The position numbers and the translations under genes are program-made. The notes beneath the pieces were generated by a model. The model was not told the origin of the DNA. It saw nothing but the letters and a program-made list of their open reading frames with translations, and made no database searches. 43,337 nt of DNA. Source: Sulfurospirillum sp. (GTDB taxonomy: Bacteria; Campylobacterota; Campylobacteria; Campylobacterales; QNZT01). The DNA is taken from the NCBI GenBank assembly GCA_024762875.1, contig JANTGR010000001.1, positions 1-43,337 on the forward strand, written 5' to 3'. Below are positions 10,350-21,316 of this stretch, one piece after another (the stretch's first letter is position 1; every line of letters begins with the position of its first letter).

Positions 10350-10408
10350 GAGGTCTCTGATAAATATAATTACAAACGACTGCGTAAACATATTTATTCA
10401 GAGACCTC
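10350..10408. mobile_element. 59-bp MITE-like element
   Basis: Terminal inverted repeats GAGGTCTCTGA(A)TAAATAT (18/19 nt, one indel), flanked by direct repeat TATT at 10346-10349 and 10409-10412. Confidence 0.55.
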
Positions 10409-10436
10409 TATTCCAAATGGATAGGAGAGTCTTATC

Positions 10437-11384
10437 ATGATAAAAAAGATTCTTCGTATCCTGCTGTCTGTTGTTCTCTTTATTTTTGTTTTGGCTTCAG
10501 GCTTGTATCTCTATACAAAAGCATATCTTCAAGAACAGATTCAAACTCCTCAGCTGCTTTTTATTCCACAAGGCTCTACTAAAAATGCGCTTGCAAAACT
10601 CAAAAAAGATGGTATTGATTTGTACTGGTTTGATTTTTATCTATTAAAACTGTATGGATATCCACAAGCTGGCTGGATTAATCTAGGGGATGAAAATCTG
10701 ACACGGGAACTATTTTTTGAGAAATTGACCCATGCGAAAGCTGCCTTGCAGAAGGTAACGCTTATACCGGGTGAAACAAATGTCATTTTCATGCAGAATG
10801 TGTCACAGCAACTTGATTTAAACTTTTCCAAACTGATGCAGGTTTATACACAATGTGCGCCTTATGATGATGGCGTGATACTAGCAGATACCTACCATGT
10901 GCCGTATGGTATAGATGAAGAAGCATTGGTGCATTATCTTGTAGATGTATCATTATCAAAACAGAGCCGGATTGCTGCAAAATATAACAGTCAGTTTGAT
11001 CGCAAGCAGTGGTTTACCAAAACAGTCACTATAGCTTCTATCATTCAAAAAGAAGCAGCAAATCAAAAAGAGATGCCCATTGTATCAGCTGTCATCCACA
11101 ACCGTTTGAAAAAAGGAATGAAACTGCAGATGGATGGTGCTTTAAACTATGGGAAATATTCGCATATTAAAGTCACTGCCAAGAGAATAAGAGAAGACAA
11201 TTCATCTTATAATACATATAAATTTGCAGGCTTGCCTCCCTCTCCCCTGTGTGCTGTCAGTGAAGCAGCTATACAGGCAGCATTAAAACCTGCAAGCGTC
11301 AATTTCCTTTATTTTGTGAAAGGTAAAAAGGGTACACATATATTTACAAAAACTTATAAAGAACATTTGAAACATATCAAATAA
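10437..11384 (+). CDS. mltG: Endolytic transglycosylase MltG (YceG family)
   Basis: N-terminal TM anchor, IASIIQKEA (catalytic Glu), VIHNRLKKGMKLQMD, YNTYKFAGLPPSP. Confidence 0.94.
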   Translation: MIKKILRILLSVVLFIFVLASGLYLYTKAYLQEQIQTPQLLFIPQGSTKNALAKLKKDGIDLYWFDFYLLKLYGYPQAGWINLGDENLTRELFFEKLTHAKAALQKVTLIPGETNVIFMQNVSQQLDLNFSKLMQVYTQCAPYDDGVILADTYHVPYGIDEEALVHYLVDVSLSKQSRIAAKYNSQFDRKQWFTKTVTIASIIQKEAANQKEMPIVSAVIHNRLKKGMKLQMDGALNYGKYSHIKVTAKRIREDNSSYNTYKFAGLPPSPLCAVSEAAIQAALKPASVNFLYFVKGKKGTHIFTKTYKEHLKHIK

Positions 11385-11396
11385 TATGTGTAGAAT

Positions 11397-11433
11397 TGAA
11401 ACATCATTATTTTTTAGATGTTACAATTTGTAA
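11397..11433. promoter_or_regulatory. Putative transcription-factor site upstream of icd
   Basis: Second copy of the acnB upstream motif; extended -10 TGATATAAT downstream at 11471-11479. Confidence 0.6.
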
Positions 11434-11517
11434 TCTATTGAAGCTTCTAATCTCATATAAACAGTTCTGTTGATATAATCTTGACTTAAATATTAATCTA
11501 AAATCAAGGAATACTAT

Positions 11518-13704
11518 ATGGCAACATTACCAAAGATAATCTGGTCTAAAATTGATGAAGCTCCGGCTTTGGCAACTTATTCACTTTTACCTATTGTTAA
11601 TGCTTTTACAAAAGAAGCGGGCGTAGAAGTAGTGACAAGCGATATATCACTAGCGGGTAGAGTTCTTGCAAGCCAAGGACTGGGAGAAAATGCATTGGCA
11701 CAACTGGGAGAACTGGTTTTAAAACCTGAAGCAAATATTATCAAACTGCCAAATATTTCAGCTTCAATTGGTCAGTTAAAAGAGTGTATTGCTGAGCTTC
11801 AAAGTCAAGGATTTGATATTCCTGATTTTCCTGAAAATCCTTCTACTCCTGAGGAAGAGGCGATTCGTGCAACATATAATCCATGTTTAGGTTCTGCGGT
11901 CAATCCGGTACTGAGAGAAGGAAACTCGGATAGAAGAGCTGCATCCGCTGTAAAAGGATATGCGCAGAAGCATCCTCATAGACTCAAACCATTTTCTGAA
12001 AACTCAAAAGCATATGTCGCGCATATGGAAGGTGACGGAGATTTTTATGGTAATGAAAAAGCTGTTACAATGGATAAAGCGCAAAAAGTGACCATTGCGT
12101 TAAACGGTAAAGAACTTGCAACGATAGATGCACTGGATAAAGAGATATTAGACGGTACGTTTATGTCAGCAAAGAAATTAAGAGCTTTTATCCAAAAAAC
12201 GATAGATGATGCAAAAGCCAATGATGTTTTATGGTCAATTCACCTGAAAGCAACCATGATGAAAATATCTGATCCAATTATGTTTGGTCATGCTTTGGAA
12301 GTATTTTTTGCAGATGTATTTGAAAAATATGCAGATCTGTTTAAAGCACTGGGTGTCAATGCAAGACTAGGTATCTCTGATATAGAGAAAAAAATTGCCG
12401 GTCATGCAAAAGAAGCAGAAATTCTGGCTGCATTTAAAGCTGTTGTTGATGCTGACAGCCCAAAAATCGCTATGGTGGATTCTGACAAAGGTCAAACAAA
12501 CTTCAATGCATCCAATGATGTTATCATTGATGCTTCTATGCCTGTTGTGGTAAGAGAAGGCGGTAAACAGTGGGATAGAAATGGAGATGCCGTTGAGTGT
12601 GTAGCTGTCATCCCTGACAGTACTTACGCAATGTTTCACCAGGAAATGGTAGCTGATTGTGTGAACAATGGTCAATTTGATGTTAGTACCATGGGTAATG
12701 TAGCCAATGTTGGTTTGATGGCACAAAAAGCGGAAGAGTATGGTTCTCATCCAACAACATTTGAAATGGCAGAAGATGGTAAAGTGACTGTGACTGCAGA
12801 AGATGGTACTGAACTGATGGCATTTGATGTTGAAAAAGGTGATATCTGGAGAATGAGCAGAGCCAAAGATATTCCTATCAAAGACTGGGTCAGATTGGCA
12901 GTCGAGAGAGCTAAACTGACAGGAAATCCTGCAATATTCTGGCTGGATGAAAACAGAGCACATGATGCACAGATGATCAAGAAAGTCAATACTTATCTCA
13001 ATGATTATGATACCACAGGTCTTGATATCAAAATCATGGATATTGCTGCTGCAACAAGATTTACCAATGAACGGGTAAGAGCAGGTAAAGATACGATTTC
13101 TGTAACCGGAAATGTTTTAAGAGATCACCTTACAGATATGTATCCTATTTTAGAGCTGGGTACATCAGCTAAAATGCTCTCTATTGTACCATTGCTTGCC
13201 GGTGGCGGGTTATTTGAGACAGGTGCAGGTGGTTCTGCTCCTAAACATGTTGATCAATTTTTAGCAGAAGGTCACCTCAGATGGGATAGTCTTGGTGAGT
13301 TTTTGGCATTGGCTGAATCACTCAGAATGATTTATCAACAAAGTGAAGATTCTAAAGTAGGTGCATTGACTGAAGCATTGGATAAAGCAAACCAGGGCTA
13401 TCTTGACAATGATAAAGCACCGTCAAGAAAAGCCGGTGAACCTGACAACAAAGCGTCTCACTACTATGTAGCACTCTACTGGGCAGAAGCGCTGGAGATA
13501 CAAACAGCTGATACTGCACTTGCTGAAAAGTTTGCACCTGTTGCAGACGCTTTGAGAAAAAATGAAGAGAAAATAATCGCTGAATTACTTGAGGCAGAGG
13601 GAAAAGCACAGGATATCGGAGGCTATTATCATCCAAACGATGAAAAAGCTGAAGCTGCTATGAGACCATCGGCTACTTTAAACAATATTATCAACGCAAT
13701 ATAA
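11518..13704 (+). CDS. icd: Monomeric NADP-dependent isocitrate dehydrogenase
   Basis: DEAPALATYSLLP, GSAVNPVLREGNSDRRA, LKATMMKISDP, LFETGAGGSAPKHV. Confidence 0.98.
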   Translation: MATLPKIIWSKIDEAPALATYSLLPIVNAFTKEAGVEVVTSDISLAGRVLASQGLGENALAQLGELVLKPEANIIKLPNISASIGQLKECIAELQSQGFDIPDFPENPSTPEEEAIRATYNPCLGSAVNPVLREGNSDRRAASAVKGYAQKHPHRLKPFSENSKAYVAHMEGDGDFYGNEKAVTMDKAQKVTIALNGKELATIDALDKEILDGTFMSAKKLRAFIQKTIDDAKANDVLWSIHLKATMMKISDPIMFGHALEVFFADVFEKYADLFKALGVNARLGISDIEKKIAGHAKEAEILAAFKAVVDADSPKIAMVDSDKGQTNFNASNDVIIDASMPVVVREGGKQWDRNGDAVECVAVIPDSTYAMFHQEMVADCVNNGQFDVSTMGNVANVGLMAQKAEEYGSHPTTFEMAEDGKVTVTAEDGTELMAFDVEKGDIWRMSRAKDIPIKDWVRLAVERAKLTGNPAIFWLDENRAHDAQMIKKVNTYLNDYDTTGLDIKIMDIAAATRFTNERVRAGKDTISVTGNVLRDHLTDMYPILELGTSAKMLSIVPLLAGGGLFETGAGGSAPKHVDQFLAEGHLRWDSLGEFLALAESLRMIYQQSEDSKVGALTEALDKANQGYLDNDKAPSRKAGEPDNKASHYYVALYWAEALEIQTADTALAEKFAPVADALRKNEEKIIAELLEAEGKAQDIGGYYHPNDEKAEAAMRPSATLNNIINAI

Positions 13705-13710
13705 ATTATA

Positions 13711-13738
13711 TTTGAGAGAGATGTCTGTCTCTCTCAAA
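13711..13738. terminator. Stem-loop between icd and mdh (terminator or mRNA-stabilising hairpin)
   Basis: TTTGAGAGAGA-N6-TCTCTCTCAAA; no U tract after the stem. Confidence 0.5.
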
Positions 13739-13805
13739 AATCTATAATTGTCTGATTTTGCTAAATCATGTAATTATAGGTTTTACCAAAAACTAAAGGA
13801 GTATC

Positions 13806-14756
13806 ATGAAAGGATCTAGAGTTGGAATTGTAGGTGCAGGGAATGTTGGGGCAACAGTTGCCTATTCACTTGCAATGAGAGGTGTGTGTCATGAAATCAT
13901 CTTGAGAGATAACAAAATAGAACGTGCTAAAGGGATGGCTTTGGATATGAGTCAGGCAGCCAATGCTGCCAGAATGCACACAGTTGTCTCCGTAGCAGAA
14001 GATATGAGTCAGTTGACTGATTGTGATGTGATTGTGATTACAGCTGGTAGCCCGAGATTACCTGGAATGAGCCGTGATGATCTTTTGATGATTAATGCAA
14101 AGATCATGAAAGAAGTTGTGTTGGATATCAAAAAATATTCTCCCAATGCGATATTGATTCCTGTCTCTAATCCTTTAGACGCAATGGTCTATACAGCGAT
14201 CAAAGAGACTGGTTGGGACCGATCCAGAGTGATTGGAATGGCTGGTATTTTGGACAGTGCCAGAATGGCACATTTTATCTATGAAAAAGTAGGCTATGGT
14301 GCAGGGCAGATTCGTGCATCCGTGATGGGTGGACATGGTGATGACATGGTACCTCTTCCACGCTTTTCTACTATTGCCGGTGTCCCTTTGACAGATCTTT
14401 TATCTGAGGATGAGATAGAAGAGATCGTGGACAAAACAAGGCATGGTGGAGCTGAAATTGTTAAATATCTTCAAACGGGTTCTGCTTATTATGCTCCAGC
14501 CAAAGCAGCATCTATTATGGTAGAAGCAATTTTAAAAGATACCAAACAGATCTTTCCTTGTGCTGTCATGCTTGATGGTGAATATGGATATAGTGATGTT
14601 GTTTCAGGTGTCCCTGTCGCATTAGGTGCAAATGGTGTTGAAAAAATAATTGAAATTTCACTCAACGAGAAACAGGAAAAACAGTTTGCCAGAAGTTGTA
14701 CATCTGTGCAATCCTTAATTGATACATTGAATAAAAATAATTTTTTTGGAGCATAA
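13806..14756 (+). CDS. mdh: Malate dehydrogenase (LDH-like)
   Basis: [32 protein letters not shown]; TCA context. Confidence 0.96.
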   Translation: MKGSRVGIVGAGNVGATVAYSLAMRGVCHEIILRDNKIERAKGMALDMSQAANAARMHTVVSVAEDMSQLTDCDVIVITAGSPRLPGMSRDDLLMINAKIMKEVVLDIKKYSPNAILIPVSNPLDAMVYTAIKETGWDRSRVIGMAGILDSARMAHFIYEKVGYGAGQIRASVMGGHGDDMVPLPRFSTIAGVPLTDLLSEDEIEEIVDKTRHGGAEIVKYLQTGSAYYAPAKAASIMVEAILKDTKQIFPCAVMLDGEYGYSDVVSGVPVALGANGVEKIIEISLNEKQEKQFARSCTSVQSLIDTLNKNNFFGA

Positions 14757-14760
14757 TCAT

Positions 14761-16152
14761 ATGGAATACAGAATAGAAAAAGATACCATGGGAGAGATGC
14801 AAGTACCAAAAGATGCTTACTGGGCTGCTCAAACACAAAGAAGTATCGAAAATTTTAAAATTGGTACAGAGACAATGCCTTATGAGATTACAAGAGCATT
14901 TTCTTATCTTAAAAAGGCAGTAGCCCTTGTCAACAAAGACTTGGGAAAGCTGGATGCCAAAAAGGCTGAGGCTATTGCACAGGCTGCGGATGATATGCTT
15001 GAAGGGAAACTGGATGGAAACTATCCTTTGGTTGTTTGGCAGACTGGTTCAGGTACACAGTCAAATATGAACAACAATGAAGTGCTGGCTAATCGGGCTA
15101 CTGAGATATTGGGTGGTGATTTTAGGAGTGAAAAATTGATTCATCCTAATGATGATGTCAATAAATCACAAAGTTCCAATGATACCTATCCGACAGCTTT
15201 GCATGTTGCTTCAATTATCGCTGTGGAAGAGCAATTGCTTCCAGCAATACAAAAGCTGCAAAAAACTTTGGAAGCAAAAGCTGAGGCATTTGCAGATATC
15301 GTGAAAATAGGACGAACACACTTGCAGGATGCTACACCGTTGACACTGGGTCAAGAGATCAGCGGATGGGCTGAAATGCTTAAAAAATCACATAAAATGG
15401 TTACTGATTCGTTGGATGCCGTGCGAGAGTTGGCACTGGGTGGTACGGCTGTTGGAACAGGACTTAACGCACATCCCCAGTTGGGAGAAAAAGTAGCTGA
15501 AAAGTTGAGTGAATTAACCGGGCATGATTTTATCACAGCACCCAATAAATTTCATGCATTGACTTCTCATGATGCTTTGGTTTTTACACATGGGGCATTA
15601 AAGGCACTGGCTGCTGATATGATGAAAATAGCCAATGATGTCAGATGGCTGGCTTCTGGACCTCGTTCAGGTATCGGTGAGATTAATATCCCGGCAAATG
15701 AACCGGGAAGTTCTATCATGCCTGGGAAAGTCAACCCTACACAGAGTGAAGCGGTAACAATGGTCGCCTGCCAGGTGATGGGTAATGATACAACGATTGG
15801 TATAGCCGCGAGCCAGGGTAATTTTGAACTCAATGTTTTCAAGCCGGTGATTGCTTATAATTTTTTACAATCAGTCAGGTTGTTAGCTGACAGCATTGTC
15901 TCATTTAATGACAATGCGGCAGTTGGTATAGAACCGAATCTTGATAAAATAGAGACCTTTGTACAAAACTCTTTGATGCTGGTAACTGCGCTTAACCCTT
16001 ACATAGGTTATGAAAATGCGGCTAAGATCGCAAAAACAGCACATGCTAATGGCACAACACTGAAAGAAGAAGCGGTAAATTTAGGATTGTTGACAGCTGA
16101 AGAATTTGATCAATATGTCAAACCTGAGGAGATGATAGCCCCTAAGGCATAA
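14761..16152 (+). CDS. fumC: Class II fumarate hydratase
   Basis: [39 protein letters not shown]; ATG at 14761 follows GGAG. Confidence 0.97.
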   Translation: MEYRIEKDTMGEMQVPKDAYWAAQTQRSIENFKIGTETMPYEITRAFSYLKKAVALVNKDLGKLDAKKAEAIAQAADDMLEGKLDGNYPLVVWQTGSGTQSNMNNNEVLANRATEILGGDFRSEKLIHPNDDVNKSQSSNDTYPTALHVASIIAVEEQLLPAIQKLQKTLEAKAEAFADIVKIGRTHLQDATPLTLGQEISGWAEMLKKSHKMVTDSLDAVRELALGGTAVGTGLNAHPQLGEKVAEKLSELTGHDFITAPNKFHALTSHDALVFTHGALKALAADMMKIANDVRWLASGPRSGIGEINIPANEPGSSIMPGKVNPTQSEAVTMVACQVMGNDTTIGIAASQGNFELNVFKPVIAYNFLQSVRLLADSIVSFNDNAAVGIEPNLDKIETFVQNSLMLVTALNPYIGYENAAKIAKTAHANGTTLKEEAVNLGLLTAEEFDQYVKPEEMIAPKA

Positions 16153-16261
16153 CTATCATGATAGAAAAACTTGCGTGAAAGTCGTCACTTGAGTTGTAAT
16201 AAATGTAAAAGAAGATTGGCTTCTTTGAAAGAAAACCATTAAATTAAAAAAAGGAGATTAA

Positions 16262-17434
16262 ATGAATATTCATGAATATCAGGCAAAACAGATATTTCAA
16301 AAGTATGGTGTACCAACCCCTCGCGGGATTGTAGCCAATACACCAGATCAAGCAGTAGCAAATGCGGGTGAGCTGGGTGGAAATATTTGGGTTGTAAAAG
16401 CACAGATTCATGCCGGTGGACGTGGACTGGGTGGGGGTGTAAAACTTGCCAAAACCAAAGAAGAAGTGCGAGAACTTGCATCAGAAATATTGGGGATGAC
16501 ACTGGTCACACATCAAACAGGCCCCGAAGGTAAACTGGTTCAAAAAGTGTATATTGAAGAGGGTGCTGATATCAGGGACGAGCTTTATCTTGGTGTTGTA
16601 CTCGATCGTGCCAAAGAGATGCCTGTTATTATGGCATCAACCGAAGGTGGAATGGAGATTGAAAAGGTTGCTGAAGAGTCTCCTGAAAAAATTATCAAAG
16701 TTGCAGTAGACCCAACAATTGGATTTCAAGGTTTTCATGGCCGTGAATTGGTGTTTGGTTTAGGGATTACTGACAAGGCAGAGCAAAGTAAATTTATCAA
16801 GTTTGCAAAAGCCCTGTACCGTGTATATATGGAAAATGATGCTGAAATGATAGAAATCAATCCATTGATTAAAACAGGCAGTGGCGATTTTCTTGCACTA
16901 GATGGCAAAATGGGTTTTGATGATTCTGCACTTGGACGTCATCCTGATATTGAAGATATGAGAGATATCTCTGAAGAAGATCCTGATGAGAGAGAAGCAA
17001 GCCAATATGGTCTTTCATATATTGCACTGGATGGTGAAATCGGTTGTATGGTAAATGGTGCCGGTCTTGCGATGGGTACTATGGATACGATCAATTATAT
17101 GGGTGGTACACCGGCTAACTTTTTGGATGTTGGTGGATCGGCCAATGCTGAAACAGTAGCAAAAGGTTTTGAAATCATTTTGAAAAATCCAAATGTCAAA
17201 GCAATTTTTGTTAATATTTTTGGTGGTATTGTACGCTGTGATCGTATCGCAAATGGTATCTTGGAAGCAACTAAAATGGTTGATGTGAATGTCCCTGTCG
17301 TTGTGAGATTGGATGGTACCAATGCTCCAGAAGCAGCAGAGATATTAAAAAACGCAAATATAGACAATGTAATAGCAGCAACTGATTTAGGTGATGGTGC
17401 TAAAAAAGCTGTTGAAGCAGCGAAAGGAGCATAA
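16262..17434 (+). CDS. sucC: Succinyl-CoA synthetase beta subunit
   Basis: [38 protein letters not shown]. Confidence 0.98.
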   Translation: MNIHEYQAKQIFQKYGVPTPRGIVANTPDQAVANAGELGGNIWVVKAQIHAGGRGLGGGVKLAKTKEEVRELASEILGMTLVTHQTGPEGKLVQKVYIEEGADIRDELYLGVVLDRAKEMPVIMASTEGGMEIEKVAEESPEKIIKVAVDPTIGFQGFHGRELVFGLGITDKAEQSKFIKFAKALYRVYMENDAEMIEINPLIKTGSGDFLALDGKMGFDDSALGRHPDIEDMRDISEEDPDEREASQYGLSYIALDGEIGCMVNGAGLAMGTMDTINYMGGTPANFLDVGGSANAETVAKGFEIILKNPNVKAIFVNIFGGIVRCDRIANGILEATKMVDVNVPVVVRLDGTNAPEAAEILKNANIDNVIAATDLGDGAKKAVEAAKGA

Positions 17435-17435
17435 A

Positions 17436-18305
17436 TTGAGTATATTAGTCAATAAAGATACAAAAGTAATTGTTCAAGGTTTTACAGGTAGTGAAGGTAC
17501 ATTTCATGCTGAGCAATGTTTGGATTATGGTACACAGATTGTAGGTGGTGTGACGCCTAACAAAGGTGGACAGACTCATCTTGGTAAGCCGGTGTTCAAC
17601 ACAGTTCAGGAAGCGATAGATGCAACTGGTGCAACAGTGAGTATGGTTTTTGTTCCTCCTGCATTTGTGGGCGATGCTGTGATGGAAGCTGCAGACGCTG
17701 GAATCGAGCTGGCTGTGATTATCACAGAAGGAGCCCCTGTGAGAGATATGCAGGCGGCCAAAGCATATGCTGTTAAACACGGTATGAAAACAATTGGACC
17801 AAATTGTCCTGGTATTATCACAGCTGATGAATGCAAAATAGGTATTATGCCGGGTATGATTTTCAAAAAAGGCAATGTTGGACTGATCTCCAAGTCGGGT
17901 ACTTTGACGTATGAGGGCGCCAATCAGGTCGTAAAAGAAGGATATGGTATATCAACTGCTGTTGGAATTGGTGGTGATCCTATTATTGGATTGAGTTATA
18001 AACAACTCTTGCCAATGTTTGAAGCTGATCCTGAAACTGAAGCAATTGTTATGATTGGTGAAATTGGCGGTGATCTTGAAATACAGGCTGCCAAACTGAT
18101 CAAAGAGCAAATTACCAAACCGGTGGTTGCTTTTATAGCAGGGCAAACAGCTCCGGCAGGAAAAAGAATGGGACATGCAGGAGCTATTATATCTGGTAGT
18201 GCTGGTACTGCAAAAGAGAAAATGGATGCACTTGAAGCTGCAGGCGTTAAAGTTGTAGTGAGCCCGGCAGAAATAGGTAAAGCTGTTTCTGAAGTGTTAA
18301 AATAG
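17436..18305 (+). CDS. sucD: Succinyl-CoA synthetase alpha subunit (TTG start)
   Basis: [32 protein letters not shown] phospho-His; AAGGAG precedes TTG at 17436. Confidence 0.97.
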   Translation: MSILVNKDTKVIVQGFTGSEGTFHAEQCLDYGTQIVGGVTPNKGGQTHLGKPVFNTVQEAIDATGATVSMVFVPPAFVGDAVMEAADAGIELAVIITEGAPVRDMQAAKAYAVKHGMKTIGPNCPGIITADECKIGIMPGMIFKKGNVGLISKSGTLTYEGANQVVKEGYGISTAVGIGGDPIIGLSYKQLLPMFEADPETEAIVMIGEIGGDLEIQAAKLIKEQITKPVVAFIAGQTAPAGKRMGHAGAIISGSAGTAKEKMDALEAAGVKVVVSPAEIGKAVSEVLK

Positions 18306-18344
18306 TAAAATATAAATAGTAAACAATAAATTTAAGGAGAATAA

Positions 18345-18692
18345 ATGGGAACTTTCGAAACGGTTAATCCTGGAAATCAGCCAGTATGGGTTAATACAAA
18401 TAATTGCAAAGCATGTGATATATGTGTAGCAGTCTGCCCGGCAGGTGTGCTTAGTATGGTATATGATGACACATCTACATTGGGTGCGATGATCTCAATA
18501 GACCATCCGGAGAGTTGTATCGGATGCAATGACTGTGAATTGAACTGTCCGGATTTTGCGATCTATGTAGCTGATAGAAAAGAATTAAAAGAAGCGGGAC
18601 TTGGTTTTGCCAAGTTGACAGAAGAAGCCAAAGAGAGACAGGCTGCCATACTTGCAAATAACTATATGTCACTCAATCAAGGAGATAAATAA
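18345..18692 (+). CDS. oorD: 2-oxoglutarate:ferredoxin oxidoreductase delta subunit (2x[4Fe-4S])
   Basis: CKACDICVAVCP and CIGCNDCELNCP; operon context. Confidence 0.93.
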   Translation: MGTFETVNPGNQPVWVNTNNCKACDICVAVCPAGVLSMVYDDTSTLGAMISIDHPESCIGCNDCELNCPDFAIYVADRKELKEAGLGFAKLTEEAKERQAAILANNYMSLNQGDK

Positions 18693-19843
18693 TGGAAACA
18701 AGAGAGATTATTTCAACAGGTAATGACTTGGCTGCAATTGCAGCAGTTGATGCTGGTTGTATGTTTTTTGGGGGATATCCTATTACCCCATCGAGTGAAG
18801 TCATGCATACTATTTCTGATTTACTACCAAAAGTAGGTGGTGCAGCGATTCAGATGGAAGATGAAATTGCCGGTGTTGCTGCAGCAGCAGGTGCGGGTAT
18901 GTCTGGTGTGAGAGCATTGACTGCAACTTCAGGTCCCGGTGTCTCACTAAAAGCAGAAAACTTAGGTTTGGCACAAATGGCAGAGGTGCCTATGGTACTG
19001 GTAAATGTTATGAGGGGTGGCCCTTCAACCGGTCTTCCAACACGTGTATCCCAAGGGGATATTAGACAGGCAAGAAATCCTTCACACGGTGATTACCGAT
19101 CCATTACGCTTTGTGCTGGAAACCTGGCTGAATGTTATACTGAAACAGTACGTGCTTTTAATTTGGCAGATAGATTTATGCAGCCGGTTTTTGTTTTACT
19201 CGATGAAACTATCGGACATATGCATGGCAAAGCTGTTATCCCTACTGCTGAAGAGGTTAAAGCTGGAATTGTACCACGTAAAAAATTTGAGGGTAAACCA
19301 GAAGATTATAGACCATATGATGTAGGTGCTGATGAAGCAGCTGTACTTAATCCAATGTTTGAAGGATATCGATATCATTTCACAGGTCTGCATCATGATG
19401 GCAGAGGTTTCCCAACTGAAGAGATCGAAACATGTAGAAAACTGATTCAGAGACTTGAAGATAAAGTCATGAAGCATACAGACGAGTTGGAACTGAATGA
19501 AGAATTTATGTTAGATGATATGACAGGTGAAGAGGGTGAAGTACTGATTATTGCTTATGGATCAGTTTCTTTGGCTGCAAAAGAAGCAATCAGGCATTTA
19601 AGAAAAGAGGGTATCAAAGCAGGATTGTTCCGACCAATAACATTATGGCCAAGTCCAGCTGACAATATCAAAAAATATACAGATATGATTAAAAATGTTC
19701 TCTGTGTTGAGCTGAATATCAGACAATATACAGAAGAGATAGAAAGAGTTTCCGGAAGATTGGATTTGGAAGGGTTGTATAAAGTGAATGGGCGAGCTAT
19801 CTCCCCACATGAAATTGTAACAAAAATAAAAGAGGTATTCTAA
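18692..19843 (+). CDS. oorA: 2-oxoglutarate:ferredoxin oxidoreductase alpha subunit
   Basis: GYPITPSSE, QMEDE, TATSGPG, RGGPSTGLPT. Confidence 0.95.
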   Translation: METREIISTGNDLAAIAAVDAGCMFFGGYPITPSSEVMHTISDLLPKVGGAAIQMEDEIAGVAAAAGAGMSGVRALTATSGPGVSLKAENLGLAQMAEVPMVLVNVMRGGPSTGLPTRVSQGDIRQARNPSHGDYRSITLCAGNLAECYTETVRAFNLADRFMQPVFVLLDETIGHMHGKAVIPTAEEVKAGIVPRKKFEGKPEDYRPYDVGADEAAVLNPMFEGYRYHFTGLHHDGRGFPTEEIETCRKLIQRLEDKVMKHTDELELNEEFMLDDMTGEEGEVLIIAYGSVSLAAKEAIRHLRKEGIKAGLFRPITLWPSPADNIKKYTDMIKNVLCVELNIRQYTEEIERVSGRLDLEGLYKVNGRAISPHEIVTKIKEVF

Positions 19844-19844
19844 G

Positions 19845-20702
19845 ATGGCATTTAACTATGATAAATATTTAAGAATTGACAAGATGCCAACACTGTGGTG
19901 TTGGGGATGTGGTGATGGGGTTATCCTCAAAGCTTTTATACGTGCAGTTGAAAAACTGGGATGGAATCAGGACGATGTATGTGTTGTTTCCGGTATTGGA
20001 TGTTCTGGTAGATTTTCATCTTACGTTGATTTTAATACAGTACATACAACACATGGACGTACTGTTGCTTTTGCAACAGGTATCAAACTTGCCAATCCTG
20101 ATAAACATGTTGTTTGTGTGGGTGGTGATGGTGATGCATTGGCAATTGGTGGTAACCATACCATTCATGGATGTAGAAGAAATATTGATATGACGTTTCT
20201 TGTAATCAATAACTTTATTTACGGTTTGACAAATTCTCAAACTTCACCTACTACGCCAAAAGGGATGTGGACTGTTTCTCAAAAAGCGGGTAATATTGAT
20301 CCTACTTTTGATGCCTGTGATTTAGCGATTGCTGCGGGTGCATCATTTGTTGCAAGAGAGAGTATGCTTGATCCTAAAAAACTGGAAAAAGTTTTGGTCA
20401 AAGCGATGGAACACAGAGGATTCTCATTTGTAGATGTGTTGTCAAATTGTCACATTAACCTGGGACGTAAAAATAAAATGGTATCTGCAATGGAAAATCT
20501 TGAGTGGATAGACAGCATTACCGTGAGTAAAAAGAAATATGATACTTTATCTCCTGAAGAGCAGTTAAATCTCTTTCCTACAGGTATATTAAAAGATGAT
20601 AAAGAGGCAGATGAGTACTGTGATATGTACGAAGAGATCAAAAAAGTACAACAGGGTCAAAGAGCAAAAATCACACAAGATGATTTTGAGAAAAAAATAT
20701 AA
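19845..20702 (+). CDS. oorB: 2-oxoglutarate:ferredoxin oxidoreductase beta subunit
   Basis: PTLWCWGCGDG, SGIGCS, TPP motif GDGD...NN. Confidence 0.95.
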   Translation: MAFNYDKYLRIDKMPTLWCWGCGDGVILKAFIRAVEKLGWNQDDVCVVSGIGCSGRFSSYVDFNTVHTTHGRTVAFATGIKLANPDKHVVCVGGDGDALAIGGNHTIHGCRRNIDMTFLVINNFIYGLTNSQTSPTTPKGMWTVSQKAGNIDPTFDACDLAIAAGASFVARESMLDPKKLEKVLVKAMEHRGFSFVDVLSNCHINLGRKNKMVSAMENLEWIDSITVSKKKYDTLSPEEQLNLFPTGILKDDKEADEYCDMYEEIKKVQQGQRAKITQDDFEKKI

Positions 20703-20711
20703 GGAGACATA

Positions 20712-21275
20712 ATGGCAAGAACAATAATGAGATTTACAGGTGTTGGTGGACAAGGTGTTCTTCTTGCTGGTGAGATTTTTGCTGCAGCTAAAATCAAAAC
20801 TGGTGGTTATGGGCTCAAAACCGCAACGTATACGTCACAAGTGCGTGGCGGGCCTACTGTTGTTGATATCACATTAGATGATGATGAAATATTTTATCCT
20901 TATGCAAATGACGGTGAAGTAAACTTCATGTTATCAGTAGCAGATGTGAGTTATCAATCATTTAAAAATGGTGTTCAGGAAGGTGGAATCATTGTCATTG
21001 ATCCAAATCTTGTGCATCCTTCAGCTGAAGATAGACAAAAATGGAAAATCTATGAGATTCCAATCATTGAGGTTGCTAAGAAAGAGGTTGGAAATGTTAT
21101 TACACAATCTGTTGTAGCGTTGGCAATTGCCAATACCATGATGAATGCCATTGAGAAAGATGCATTAATTGAGACAATGCTTTCAAAAGTTCCACCAAAA
21201 GTACATGAAGCAAACAAACTTGCCTATGAACTTGGTGAAAAATATGCACTGCAAGCACTAGAAAAAGCTGCTTAA
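20712..21275 (+). CDS. oorC: 2-oxoglutarate:ferredoxin oxidoreductase gamma subunit
   Basis: RFTGVGGQGV, YTSQVRGGPT. Confidence 0.95.
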   Translation: MARTIMRFTGVGGQGVLLAGEIFAAAKIKTGGYGLKTATYTSQVRGGPTVVDITLDDDEIFYPYANDGEVNFMLSVADVSYQSFKNGVQEGGIIVIDPNLVHPSAEDRQKWKIYEIPIIEVAKKEVGNVITQSVVALAIANTMMNAIEKDALIETMLSKVPPKVHEANKLAYELGEKYALQALEKAA

Positions 21276-21284
21276 TTTTCTTTC

Positions 21285-21316
21285 ATAGAAGTTTGAGAAT
21301 AGTCTCAAACTTCTAT
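21285..21316. terminator. Bidirectional terminator between oorC and the convergent gene
   Basis: ATAGAAGTTTGAGA-ATAG-TCTCAAACTTCTAT, perfect 14-bp stem. Confidence 0.8.
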
